DNA of 27,424 bases, taken from assembly GCA_965242725.1 (NCBI GenBank), contig CBDESZ010000033.1, forward strand, positions 1 to 27,424, given 5' to 3'. Every line of letters starts with the position of its first letter. Position 1 is the stretch's first letter. Origin of the DNA: Alkalispirochaeta sp. (GTDB lineage: Bacteria; Spirochaetota; Spirochaetia; DSM-27196; Alkalispirochaetaceae). Below, piece by piece: positions 1 through 9,575 of this stretch. Position numbers and translations under genes: made by a program. The notes beneath the pieces are model-generated. The model was not told the DNA's origin. It worked only from the letters and a program-made list of their open reading frames with translations, and did not search any database.

Positions 1-1410
1 CTCTTTGCATCGGACGTGAACGCGATAAATCTTGGACTCGAGGAATTTGGAGAAACCCTACGCCGTCTCGGTGCCCGGGCGACACAGGTAAACTGGAAGC
101 CCCCCGCCGGCGGCGACACGCGGCTTATCGCACTTTTTGATCGCCTTGAAGCGGCTGAAGCGGCGGGCAGGCTCGACAGGGCAGCCGCCAACGAGGAGGC
201 GGTGAAACGCGTCCTTGCCGGGAAGCCCACTCTCATGGACATCGGCATCGCACAAGACGTTGTTCCCGGCATGCACAAGAAACTCATTATGCACGCCGGA
301 CCGCCGGTAACGTGGGAGAAGATGGCGGGCCCCCTGCGGGGAGCGGTCATCGGCGGCCTTATTTACGAGGGACTCGCAAAAGACGCGGCGGAGGCGGAAA
401 AACTTGCACAATCCGGGGAGATAGAGTTTGATCCCTGCCACCATCACAGTACGGTCGGCCCCATGGCCGGAGTCGTCACCGCAAGCATGCCGGTATGGAT
501 TATGGAAAATGCCACCTACGGAAACAAGGCGTTCTGCACCCTCAATGAGGGACTCGGCAAGGTACTGCGTTACGGCGCCAACTCCGCGGAAGTCATTGAC
601 CGCCTCAACTGGATGGCGGAGGAACTGGCGCCCATCCTCAGGAAGGCATTGAAGAACCACGGGCCCCTGGACATGAAAAACCTCATCGCCCAGGTGCTCC
701 AGATGGGCGACGAAGGCCATAACCGCAACCGCGCAGGCACCAGCCTGTTCATCCGGGAAATGGCGCCGTACCTGGTAACCCTCGATGAAGATCGGGAAAA
801 GCTCGCCCGGGTCTTCCGCTTTATGCATGAGAACGACCACTTCTTTCTCAACCTCACCATGCCGTCGGCGAAGTGCACCGTTGACGCCGCCGCCGGTGTG
901 GAGGGGAGTTCCCTTATTTACACGATGGCCCGCAACGGTACGGAGTTCGGCATACGCCTTTCCGGATTGCCCGACCAATGGTTTACCGGGCCTGCCTCCG
1001 AGATAGACGGACTGTACCTGCCGGGATATACCGCCGATGATGCGGCCCGGGATATCGGCGACTCCGTCATCACCGAGACGTCGGGAATCGGCGGATTTGC
1101 CATGGCCGCCGCCCCGGCGATCGTCAAGTTCGTGGGCGGTACACCGGCGGACGCGATGAACTTCACCCGGCAGATGTACGAAATCACACTGACCGAAAAC
1201 GATACCTACCAGATTCCCGCCATGGATTTCCGGGGTACCCCCACGGGGATCGACGTGGTGAAGGTCGTTGAAACGGGAATTCTTCCGGCCATTAATACGG
1301 GCATTGCCCATAAGGATCCCGGCGTCGGGATGGTCGGGGCGGGGCTCGTGAAGCCGCCGGAAAACTGCTTTCAGGACGCCTTTGCGGCGTATGTGGAAAA
1401 ATACGCCTGA
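1..1410 (+). CDS. ylbE: YlbE/YahG (DUF1116) family protein with an N-terminal FdrA C-terminal-like segment; probably 5'-truncated by the window edge (putative oxamate carbamoyltransferase subunit)
   Basis: DUF1116 motifs HAGPP, PCHHHSTVGPMAG, LNEGLGKVLRYGA, MGDEGHNRN, MARNGTEFGI, DIGDSVITET, GIAHKDPGVGMVGAG. Frame 1 is open from base 1 (LFASDVNAINLGL...), so the true start is probably upstream of the window. Confidence 0.8.
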   Translation, partial: LFASDVNAINLGLEEFGETLRRLGARATQVNWKPPAGGDTRLIALFDRLEAAEAAGRLDRAAANEEAVKRVLAGKPTLMDIGIAQDVVPGMHKKLIMHAGPPVTWEKMAGPLRGAVIGGLIYEGLAKDAAEAEKLAQSGEIEFDPCHHHSTVGPMAGVVTASMPVWIMENATYGNKAFCTLNEGLGKVLRYGANSAEVIDRLNWMAEELAPILRKALKNHGPLDMKNLIAQVLQMGDEGHNRNRAGTSLFIREMAPYLVTLDEDREKLARVFRFMHENDHFFLNLTMPSAKCTVDAAAGVEGSSLIYTMARNGTEFGIRLSGLPDQWFTGPASEIDGLYLPGYTADDAARDIGDSVITETSGIGGFAMAAAPAIVKFVGGTPADAMNFTRQMYEITLTENDTYQIPAMDFRGTPTGIDVVKVVETGILPAINTGIAHKDPGVGMVGAGLVKPPENCFQDAFAAYVEKYA

Positions 1411-1494
1411 CGGGGACTATCGCCTCTTCGGGCGGTATGGAGGGTTGCATGGCGGGAGGCCGTCGTGTAACCATTCCCCTTTACAGGCAACGAC

Positions 1495-2447
1495 GTGCGA
1501 TTACTTATCAGGATAGTCACGGCGATATTCGCCGTTCTCTTTGTCATTTCCCTCGTATTTTCCGCCCGGACGACCGCGACCCTCTCCCGGGCGTTTTCCG
1601 CCGCCGTACCCGATGGGGTGAGGCGGCAGTACCATCTCGCCGTCTTTCTTCCCGAACCGTCGTCCCTCTTTTTTGAGCGCGTCCGCAGCGGTGCGACCGC
1701 TGCGGCGCGACAGCACGACGCGGCACTCTCATTTCACCCCATCGATGCGGAGAATCCTGAGTTTGCCTTTGCCCGATACACGGGCATTGACGGGGCAATT
1801 ATCTATCCGGCAATGGAAGACAGGCGAATACGCGCCCGCCTTGAGGAGTTCGACCGGGCGGATATACCGATTGTTCTCATAGAACATGGCGTTGCCGACG
1901 ACGCGCCGTGGGCGTTTGTCGGTACCAATAACTTTGATGTGGGCAGGCGTATCGGCGAGACGATTGCCTCCCTCTCGGACGATCCCGAAAGGATCGCCAT
2001 CGTCTACAGTGATAAATCCCCGGGCATGTCGTCGGAAATGGAGCTTATAGAACTGGCATCACCACCGCCATGGGCGACGGCCCGCCTATGACGATCGTCC
2101 GCCGCCGAACGGGCCTCAACCCGCTTGACGCGGAAAACCTCACCTATCGGATTCTGCGGAACGAGCCGGAGCTGACCACCCTCGTATTCACCGACACCAA
2201 CGACACCCTCGCGGCGATACAGGTCATCGTTGATCTCAACCTTGTCGGCAGCGTGCAGGTCGTCGGTTTCGGCATAACCGAAGCGATTCAGGACTATCTC
2301 GAGCGGGGCGTTCTGGCGGCGACAATCGTCGTCAATCCCGAGCGCATCGGCGAGGAGGCGGTCCGGGTGATGACCGCCCTCATCCGTGATGGATACTCCC
2401 CCGGCTACGTCGACACGGGCGTGAACATTATCCGGGGGTCCCGGTGA
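1495..2447 (+). CDS. Periplasmic sugar-binding (type I PBP fold) accessory/sensor protein, split by a 1-bp frameshift near 2055
   Basis: ORF 1495..2091 has an N-terminal hydrophobic helix and PBP motifs (GIDGAII, IPIVLI, FVGTNNFDVGRRIG). ORF 2070..2447 supplies the C-terminal half (VQVVGFG, LERGVLAATIVVNPERIGEEAV, GYVDTGV). Restoring one G at CTGG(G)C gives a continuous ...ELIELGITTAMGDG... reading. Confidence 0.8.
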
Positions 2448-2457
2448 GAGGAACGGC

Positions 2458-3948
2458 GTGATGCGAGTCGGCAACTCGTTACGGACACAGCTCGTCTTTT
2501 CCGCGGTCATCGGGCTGGCAATTGTCATCCTCTCGGTTGCATACATTCTCTTTGCGACGATACGGTTGCAGCAGATCATAAACGATCAGTTCAGCGCGGA
2601 ACGTTTCTTTCAGCGCCTCCAGACCGAGGTGACGGCGATGGAGGAACCGCTCCTTACCTATCTTTCCAGCCGTTCATCCCAGGCGCTCGCGCAAATTCTC
2701 ATTGAAGAGCAGACGCTGCGCAATATGCTTCCCTCGGACCGGCCCGTATCGGACGATCCGATCATTATAGAAAGCAGGGAGATCTATTTTCTCATCGACC
2801 GATACCTTGACGTCATGCAGGAGACGCTTGAGCTGAAACGCGCCCGGGCGATCGAGGAGTATACCTCCCGATATGAACTTCTTGAGGATTTGAACGGACA
2901 TATCGTCGACAGAATCGATCAAATAAGCCTCTTCGGCCTGCGGCGGGAGCTGGACAATTATCAGGAGATCATCAACGCCTCCAGGACCCTCCTCTTCTGG
3001 AACCTCCTGGTCATCATTTCCGCCTTCCTCAGTTCCACCATGTGGTTTGCCGTCACCATCCGTCGCTTTACCGAGCCCATGGCGCTCCTCGCCAGTTCGG
3101 CGGGAGAAATATCGTCGGGGAAATTCGATGTACCCGATATCGCGGCGCACTCCGTCCATGAACTGAACGTCGTTGTCAGTGCATTCAATACGATGAAACA
3201 CGACATCAGGCAGTACATCACCGAGATTAACCAGCAAAAGGAGCTGGAAAAGGGGTATATGGAGGAGCGCGTCCGCAATCTGAAGATGGAGGAACTTCTG
3301 AAACGGATGGAGCTCTACACGATGCAGGCGCAGATGAACCCCCATTTTCTCTTCAATACACTGAATACCGGAGTACAGCTGGCGATCATGGAGGACGCGG
3401 ACAAGACCGCCGATTTCATGGAGCATCTGGCCGCATTTTTCCGCCACAACATACGGGAACGGGACCTCATCGTTCCCCTTCGTCACGAGATCGAGGGGCT
3501 GGAGGCGTATTTGTACATTCTCCGCATTCGCTTCCCCCGGACGCTCAGAATGTCCCTGGACGTTCCCGATTCCCTGCTCGACAGCTGCCACGTCCCCGCG
3601 ATGATTCTCCAGCCACTGGTGGAGAACTCAGTCCTCCACGCCTTTCAGGGGATTGATCGCGTCGGCTCCGTTATTATTCGTGCCCGCCGGCAGGAGGAGC
3701 GGGTCACCCTTTCCGTCGCGGACAACGGCATCGGCATAGACGAGGAAACGGTCTCCCGCCTGCTCCGCCGCTACTCCCGCGACGTTGAACACAACTCAAA
3801 GATCATGGGTCTGGAAAACGTCATTCAACGACTCTATTTCTTTTACCCCTCCCAGGACGATGTGGTAGCCATTCACACCGCTCCCGGGGAGGGGACGGAA
3901 ATCGTCATTACCATCGATACGAGGATCGTGCCGTGTATTCCATCCTGA
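2458..3948 (+). CDS. LytS/YesM-type sensor histidine kinase (2 TM, periplasmic helical domain, HAMP, His_kinase, HATPase_c)
   Basis: Signature QAQMNPHFLFNTLN, ILQPLVENSVLHA, VADNGIG, GLENVIQRL, GEGT; two hydrophobic helices; HAMP-like segment before a coiled coil. Confidence 0.92.
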   Translation: MMRVGNSLRTQLVFSAVIGLAIVILSVAYILFATIRLQQIINDQFSAERFFQRLQTEVTAMEEPLLTYLSSRSSQALAQILIEEQTLRNMLPSDRPVSDDPIIIESREIYFLIDRYLDVMQETLELKRARAIEEYTSRYELLEDLNGHIVDRIDQISLFGLRRELDNYQEIINASRTLLFWNLLVIISAFLSSTMWFAVTIRRFTEPMALLASSAGEISSGKFDVPDIAAHSVHELNVVVSAFNTMKHDIRQYITEINQQKELEKGYMEERVRNLKMEELLKRMELYTMQAQMNPHFLFNTLNTGVQLAIMEDADKTADFMEHLAAFFRHNIRERDLIVPLRHEIEGLEAYLYILRIRFPRTLRMSLDVPDSLLDSCHVPAMILQPLVENSVLHAFQGIDRVGSVIIRARRQEERVTLSVADNGIGIDEETVSRLLRRYSRDVEHNSKIMGLENVIQRLYFFYPSQDDVVAIHTAPGEGTEIVITIDTRIVPCIPS

Positions 3949-5405
3949 TCGTCGACGATGAAGATCCCGTACTGGAGAGCTATTCCTACCTGATCGAAAC
4001 GTCAAGTGAGGATTTCAGCCTCTGCGGTACCGCCCGCTCGGGTGAGGAGGCGATTGCAATCGCCCACGACAAACGTCCCGACGTTGTGCTCATGGATATC
4101 GCAATGCCCGGCATCGACGGCCTCGACACGATAAAGGAGCTTCAGCGGGAGTTTCCCGAGACACTGTACATCCTTTCCACCGCCTATGAGCGATTTGACC
4201 TCGCCCAGCGGGCGATTCCGCTGCGGGTCTTCAGTTATCTGGTGAAACCGGTCTCCCGAAAACGTTTCCTTGAGACCCTCCACCTGGCCAAGGACCGGCT
4301 TGACCGGAAGGGTGATGATCTGTCCCACCGCCTTGAGGAGGTGCAGACAAATGCGGAAATCGTCGCCAGGGAGGAGCGGGAGTTCCTCCTTCGTACGACG
4401 TGGCAGGGCATGGATGAAGCGTCGTGGCGCCGGTATCAGCGAATCTTCAAGCTGTCAGGTGATGAAGGAACGATCGTCGTTGCGATGCACGACGATTCGC
4501 GGCGGTATCGGCGTATCGAACACCGGGTCGACCTGCGGTATCGCAGCATCTTCACCGAGCACCTGGGAATGCTCCTCTTTTTCATTTCCGACAAGGTAGA
4601 ACAAAGCCGCCTGGAAGCGCTCGTCCATGAAGCGGTTCCTGATGCGCAAATCGGTGTGGGCAGCAGAAGGAGATTTGATGAATTTCACCTCTCGTCCCGG
4701 GAGGCATTGCAGGCAATACGGGAAGTCATGCCCAACCGGGGAAGACAGAGTCGTCGACTTGACCGACTTTCCGCATTACGCCGTGCCGTCGCGAAGTCCC
4801 GCACCCCGGAAGACGCCTATCAGCTCTGTGAGGAGTACTGGGCCGCCGTATTCACCGAAAATGATATTGAAACGGCAAAATCATACATGGTTGAGCTCTT
4901 TACCCTCCTTGTCGCCGATCTGGCACACCGGACCGGCGCGACGGACGTTGCCGATACCATACCGGACATTCCCTCGGAGATTATTTCAATTTCAACGAAA
5001 AGCGACTGGGACGCCTGGGCGGGGCGCGTCCTGGCGTTGATCGTTGAAAGCAATGTGATGAAGAATGACACCCGGCGTCCCAGACCGCTGCAGCAGGCGA
5101 TCCATTACATTTCCGCCAACTACGAGCAGCCGCTCCAGCTTCCCTCACTGGCTGAGTACTGCTCGGTCTCGCCGGGATACCTCAGCAGACTCTTTTCGGA
5201 ACATCTGGATACCACCTTCAACGACTACCTGAACTCCGTCCGGCTCACCGCCGCGGAAGAACTCCTTCGGGAAAACAGAAAAAGTATCAAGGAAATCGCC
5301 TACGAAACGGGTTACCACGATCCCAATTACTTCAGCCGTATTTTCAAAAAATTCAGGGGATTATCACCGACTTCCTATCAGGAGAGGTATATCCATGGCC
5401 ACTGA
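3933..5405 (+). CDS. YesN-type response regulator (REC + C-terminal AraC HTH)
   Basis: ILIVDDED, PDVVLMDIAMPGIDGL, YLVKP; AraC tail SPGYLSRLF...IKEIAYETGYHDPNYFSRIFKK. Overlaps the kinase stop by 16 nt. Confidence 0.93.
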   Translation: MYSILIVDDEDPVLESYSYLIETSSEDFSLCGTARSGEEAIAIAHDKRPDVVLMDIAMPGIDGLDTIKELQREFPETLYILSTAYERFDLAQRAIPLRVFSYLVKPVSRKRFLETLHLAKDRLDRKGDDLSHRLEEVQTNAEIVAREEREFLLRTTWQGMDEASWRRYQRIFKLSGDEGTIVVAMHDDSRRYRRIEHRVDLRYRSIFTEHLGMLLFFISDKVEQSRLEALVHEAVPDAQIGVGSRRRFDEFHLSSREALQAIREVMPNRGRQSRRLDRLSALRRAVAKSRTPEDAYQLCEEYWAAVFTENDIETAKSYMVELFTLLVADLAHRTGATDVADTIPDIPSEIISISTKSDWDAWAGRVLALIVESNVMKNDTRRPRPLQQAIHYISANYEQPLQLPSLAEYCSVSPGYLSRLFSEHLDTTFNDYLNSVRLTAAEELLRENRKSIKEIAYETGYHDPNYFSRIFKKFRGLSPTSYQERYIHGH

Positions 5406-6570
5406 CGACAAGACCTTCACCATTCAATCTCTGTATCATCTCGTCTCCCTTACCGCCGGAATTGTCCTTATTTTCGTCGTATTGCCCCTTCTCACCGCAT
5501 GCTCCGGTGACGGCTCGCGATCCGCCGGGACATCGGGAAGCAGGAACGGGAATCAGGGTGAGTCCGTCGCCGCCTCGGACGGTACTATTACGATCGGTTT
5601 TTCCGTGGCGACCGACACCTTTATCATTGAGCGGTGGAACAAGGATATCAAAATCTTCAGCAGCACCGCAAAAGAGCTCGGTGCGGAAGTGATCATGCAA
5701 ATGTCCGCCGGGGGAACGCAGGCACAAATAGACCAGATTCGATATCTCTTTGACCAGAATATCGATGTCCTTGTCGTTCTGCCCCACGATACCGACATGC
5801 TTGCCGGCGTCGTCCGCACCGCCAATGAGCGACGTATTCCCGTCGTCGCCTACGATCGCCTGATACAGGGAGTCCCCGTCACGGCGTACATTTCATTTGA
5901 CAACGTGGAAGTGGGGCGCCTCTTCGGGAAGGCGCTGACCGCCGCGGTTCCGAGGGGGAACTATCTCATCGTCAACGGATCGGTCAGGGATAACAACAGC
6001 TATCTGGTCAATCAGGGTCTCTATGAGATTCTTCAGCCCTATCTCGACAGCGGGGCAATCACCCTCGTTGACGAAATCTGGCTTGAGGCGTGGAGTTCCG
6101 ATGAAGCGACAATGCGCATTGCCGAAGTTCTTGAGCGAACTGAAGATATTGATGCGATTTCCGCCGCCAATGATCAAATTGCAAACGCCGCCATTCAGCT
6201 TCTTGCCGAGCGCAGGATGGCGGGTGAAGTGGCCGTGGTCGGACAGGATGCCGATCTCATGTCCACTCAGCGCGTTGTGGAAGGGCTTCAGCTGATGACC
6301 GTATACAAGCCCATACACAAGCTGGCGACCAGGGCGGCACAACTTGCGGTGGGAATTGCCACCGATCGCATGCCGGAACCGGACCGATATGTCGAAAACG
6401 GAAGCGGGCAGCCGATACCGTTCTTCATGGAGGAACCACGGGCGGTCTTCAGCTGGAACGTCGACGAGACGGTGATACGTGACGGCTTTCACAGCGCCGA
6501 GGATGTCTACCGGACTACCTCGGAACCGGAGGTGCCCGCGGAACAGGACGGTCCTGCCGTCACGGAGTGA
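5395..6570 (+). CDS. XylF-like sugar-binding lipoprotein
   Basis: Lipobox LTAC after a hydrophobic stretch; XylF-family motifs IERWNKD, IPVVAYDRLI, YISFDNVEVG, VVGQDAD, QLMTVYKPI. Confidence 0.85.
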   Translation: MATDDKTFTIQSLYHLVSLTAGIVLIFVVLPLLTACSGDGSRSAGTSGSRNGNQGESVAASDGTITIGFSVATDTFIIERWNKDIKIFSSTAKELGAEVIMQMSAGGTQAQIDQIRYLFDQNIDVLVVLPHDTDMLAGVVRTANERRIPVVAYDRLIQGVPVTAYISFDNVEVGRLFGKALTAAVPRGNYLIVNGSVRDNNSYLVNQGLYEILQPYLDSGAITLVDEIWLEAWSSDEATMRIAEVLERTEDIDAISAANDQIANAAIQLLAERRMAGEVAVVGQDADLMSTQRVVEGLQLMTVYKPIHKLATRAAQLAVGIATDRMPEPDRYVENGSGQPIPFFMEEPRAVFSWNVDETVIRDGFHSAEDVYRTTSEPEVPAEQDGPAVTE

Positions 6571-6770
6571 ACACAGGGTAAACCCATCGTTCGTCCCACC
6601 CGTGTCCGGGCGGGGACATCTCTGGACAATATTAACCTCAAATTTATGCTACGGAACGCAGGACGGGACTATTTTGATCATTCCAATGAAGAATTGTTCC
6701 GAATTCTCCTGTTTGCACAGTAGTATTCTCCCCCCACAATGAAACATATCCCAAACACAAAGGAGTGTTT

Positions 6771-7877
6771 ATGAAACGAATTGTTCTCACAGTACTCGTG
6801 GTTCTCATTGCTACGGGTGTGGTATTTGCATCAGGCCAAGGTGAAGGCGTCGGAATCGATGTCGGTATCGCCATGCCGGAAACGCACGTTGAGCGATGGC
6901 AGCAGGACGGCGCCGCATTGCTTGAAGGTGCCGAAGAACTCGGATACAGCGCTGAAGTCACCTACGGCGATGCCGACCAGGGCCTTCAAAACCAGCAGAT
7001 TCAGGACTTCATCACCAAGGGTGCCAAAGTTCTCATCGTCGGGAACATCAACGAAGGTGTAAACTCCGTCGTCCGTGAGGCCGCGGAAGAAGGCATCATC
7101 GTCATCGCCTATGACCGGTTGATCACCGGCTCCGACGACTATGACTACTACATCACCTTCGACAACTTCAAAGTCGGTGAGTTCCAGGGTGCGGCGATCG
7201 TTGAAGCGCTCGACCTCGCAAATGTAACCCCCGACGATCCCAAGTACATCACCCTCTTCGCCGGTTCGCCGACGGACAACAACGCCAACTTCTTCTTTGA
7301 CGGCGCCATGTCCATGCTCCGCCCCCATGTGGAACGGGGTGCACTGGAAATCGTCGGTCCCGCTCCTCTTCGATCAAGCGACGCCGCCTTTACGCGGATC
7401 GCAACCGAAAACTGGCGCGCGGAAATCGCGAAAGCACGGATGGAAAACCTCCTCAGCAACGACGCTCGCGACGTGACCCTGGACGCAGTCCTCGCACCGA
7501 ACGACACGCTTGCTCGTGCGATCATTGAGGCCCTTGCCGCCGATGCCAAGTATGACACCACCGCGAAGCTTCCCGTCGTAACGGGTCAGGATGCGGAGAT
7601 CGCTTCCGTGCAGGCAATCCGGGACGGACGACAGTACATGACCGTTTTCAAGGATACCCGCGATCTGGCCGCAGGTGCTGTTGCCCTGGCAGACGCTCTC
7701 CTCAAGGGCGAAAGCACTCCGGAAATCCGCGGCGCCCGTCTCGACACCGAGACGTACGACACCGGTCTGAAAGTGGTCAACTCCTACCTGCTTGAGCCAA
7801 TCAACGTGACTCAGGACAACTGGCGGGAAGTCATGATCGGCAGCGGCTACTACACCGAAGCACAGCTGAATCAGTAA
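6771..7877 (+). CDS. chvE: Multiple-monosaccharide ABC transporter substrate-binding protein (ChvE/SbpA family)
   Basis: RBS AAGGAG ending at 6765 before ATG 6771; motifs VGIAMP..ERWQQDG, VIAYDRLI, YYITFDNFKVG, LFAGSPTDNNA, VVTGQDAEIASV, QYMTVFKDTR; spirochaete-type leader VFASGQGE. Confidence 0.85.
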   Translation: MKRIVLTVLVVLIATGVVFASGQGEGVGIDVGIAMPETHVERWQQDGAALLEGAEELGYSAEVTYGDADQGLQNQQIQDFITKGAKVLIVGNINEGVNSVVREAAEEGIIVIAYDRLITGSDDYDYYITFDNFKVGEFQGAAIVEALDLANVTPDDPKYITLFAGSPTDNNANFFFDGAMSMLRPHVERGALEIVGPAPLRSSDAAFTRIATENWRAEIAKARMENLLSNDARDVTLDAVLAPNDTLARAIIEALAADAKYDTTAKLPVVTGQDAEIASVQAIRDGRQYMTVFKDTRDLAAGAVALADALLKGESTPEIRGARLDTETYDTGLKVVNSYLLEPINVTQDNWREVMIGSGYYTEAQLNQ

Positions 7878-7891
7878 CAGTACCTGATACG

Positions 7892-7981
7892 ACACGTATT
7901 CGGGAGCCGGCGTATACACTTCTGTGTTGCGCCGCTCCCGTTATTCGTGTGTAATAGATTTGCATGCCGCGTTGCGGCATG
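7892..7981 (+). other. Two intergenic stem-loops between the binding-protein and ATPase genes (probable mRNA stability/attenuation elements)
   Basis: Long imperfect hairpin 7892-7950 (ACACG/CGTGT, CGGGAG/CTCCCG, CGGCG/CGCCG, ACAC/GTGT, loop TTCT) and perfect 8-bp stem CATGCCGC-GTT-GCGGCATG at 7963-7981. Confidence 0.6.
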
Positions 7982-8037
7982 GAAACGTAACAAAAATATC
8001 CGGCCGAGCCGTATATTTTCGTAATAGGAAAAAGAGA

Positions 8038-9561
8038 ATGAGCAACGACTACATTCTGGAAGTACAGGACATCACCAAGGATTTTCCCGGTGTACGTGCC
8101 CTCGACAACGTAAGTTTTCGGGTACGTCGCGGCGAGATTCACGGTATATGTGGTGAAAACGGCGCGGGTAAATCAACCCTCATGAGCGTCGTCAGCGGTG
8201 TACATCCACACGGAAGCTACGAGGGGACCGTCTTGGTCCATGGTCAGGAGGCCCACTTCAGAAGTGTTCGCGACAGCGAGAAAATGGGTCTGGCGATCAT
8301 GCACCAGGAACTTGCACTGAGTCCCTATTTATCGATCTACGAAAACATGTTTCTGGGCCACATCCGACCCCGTTTCGGCGTGATCAACTGGGATGATCTT
8401 CTCGAACGATCACGGGAGTTCCTCAGTCGGGTGGGACTTTCGGACCCTCCTGAAACGATCGTCAGCAAAATGGGCGTCGGAAAACAGCAGCTTGTCGAAA
8501 TTGCCAGGGCCCTCTCAAAGCACACGGAGCTGCTGATCCTTGACGAGCCGACGGCGTCGCTGAATGACGAAGAGAGCGATTCTCTGCTCCAGCTCATCAA
8601 GGAACTCCGGGACGAAGGACTTACCTGCATCCTTATTTCCCACAAGCTGGACGAAGTTCTTCGCGTCGCCGATGAAATCACCGTCCTCCGCGACGGAAAA
8701 TCGATCAGAACCTACGACGCCGACCGGGAAAAAGTCACCAAGGCTGATTTGATTCGTGACATGGTCGGGCGGGAAATGAACGCACTCTATCCCGAGAAGA
8801 CGCCGAAGATCGGGGATGTTGTATTTGAGGTCAAGGATTGGAACGTCTACCATCCGGAGTACCACGATATGAAGGTCGTGGACAACGCCTCTTTTGAACT
8901 GCGAAAGGGGGAAATCCTCGGTTTTTGCGGTCCCATGGGAGCGGGCCGGACGGAACTCATGATGAGTCTCTTTGGAAAGTCCTACGGCTCACGCTCGGAA
9001 GGGCAGGCGTTTCTGCACGGCGAAGAAATTACATTCAGTTCACCCCATGATGCGATCAGTAAGGGGTTGGGTTACGTGTCGGAAGACCGCAAGAGTCTGG
9101 GACTCATCCTCATCCAGGACGTGAAGACCAATATTACCAATTCCAGTCTTCCCAGGTTGTCAAAATGGGGAGTCGTCGACGGCGATGCGGAGGTACACGC
9201 CGCCGAGAAATATCGGAAGTCCCTGAATATCAAGACTCCTTCCATTGATCAGCTGGTTCAAAACCTGAGTGGAGGGAACCAGCAAAAGGTCGTTCTCAGC
9301 CGCAGTCTCCTGGCGGAACCTGAAATTTTCATCGTTGACGAACCGACCCGGGGAATCGACGTCGGCGCAAAGTACGAGATCTATACAATTCTCAACAGAC
9401 TTGCCGCTGAAGGCAAGAGCATCATCATGATTACCTCGGAGTTACCCGAGGCGATCGGTATGGCGGACAGGATCTACGTTATGAACGAGGGTAAGATAAA
9501 GGGTGTCCTCGACCGTAGCGAAGCAACCCAGGAAGGTATCATGCACATGGCACTCAGCTAA
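8038..9561 (+). CDS. gguA: Multiple-monosaccharide ABC transporter ATP-binding protein (GguA/MmsA, tandem NBDs)
   Basis: GENGAGKST, LLILDEPT, ISHKL, second NBD with LSGGNQQKV and DEPTRGIDVGAKYEIY. Start set at ATG 8038 (MSNDYILE) rather than the track's 7924. Confidence 0.88.
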   Translation: MSNDYILEVQDITKDFPGVRALDNVSFRVRRGEIHGICGENGAGKSTLMSVVSGVHPHGSYEGTVLVHGQEAHFRSVRDSEKMGLAIMHQELALSPYLSIYENMFLGHIRPRFGVINWDDLLERSREFLSRVGLSDPPETIVSKMGVGKQQLVEIARALSKHTELLILDEPTASLNDEESDSLLQLIKELRDEGLTCILISHKLDEVLRVADEITVLRDGKSIRTYDADREKVTKADLIRDMVGREMNALYPEKTPKIGDVVFEVKDWNVYHPEYHDMKVVDNASFELRKGEILGFCGPMGAGRTELMMSLFGKSYGSRSEGQAFLHGEEITFSSPHDAISKGLGYVSEDRKSLGLILIQDVKTNITNSSLPRLSKWGVVDGDAEVHAAEKYRKSLNIKTPSIDQLVQNLSGGNQQKVVLSRSLLAEPEIFIVDEPTRGIDVGAKYEIYTILNRLAAEGKSIIMITSELPEAIGMADRIYVMNEGKIKGVLDRSEATQEGIMHMALS

Positions 9562-9575
9562 CTCGGAGTAAAGCA

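Noticed and set aside
58..1311. 417-aa antisense ORF
   Set aside because: Shadow of the DUF1116 gene; no recognisable motifs; expected from codon bias in GC-rich DNA.
2674..3591. 305-aa antisense ORF
   Set aside because: Lies wholly opposite the histidine kinase; no independent features.
6600..6730. Possible AraC/YesN direct repeats upstream of chvE (GGGACATCTCTGGACAAT vs GGGACTATTTTGATCATT)
   Set aside because: Only about 11/18 identical and no clear -35; plausible location but not supportable from sequence alone.
7924..8037. 38-aa N-terminal extension of GguA in the ORF track
   Set aside because: Runs through the intergenic hairpins; the family-like sequence begins at ATG 8038.
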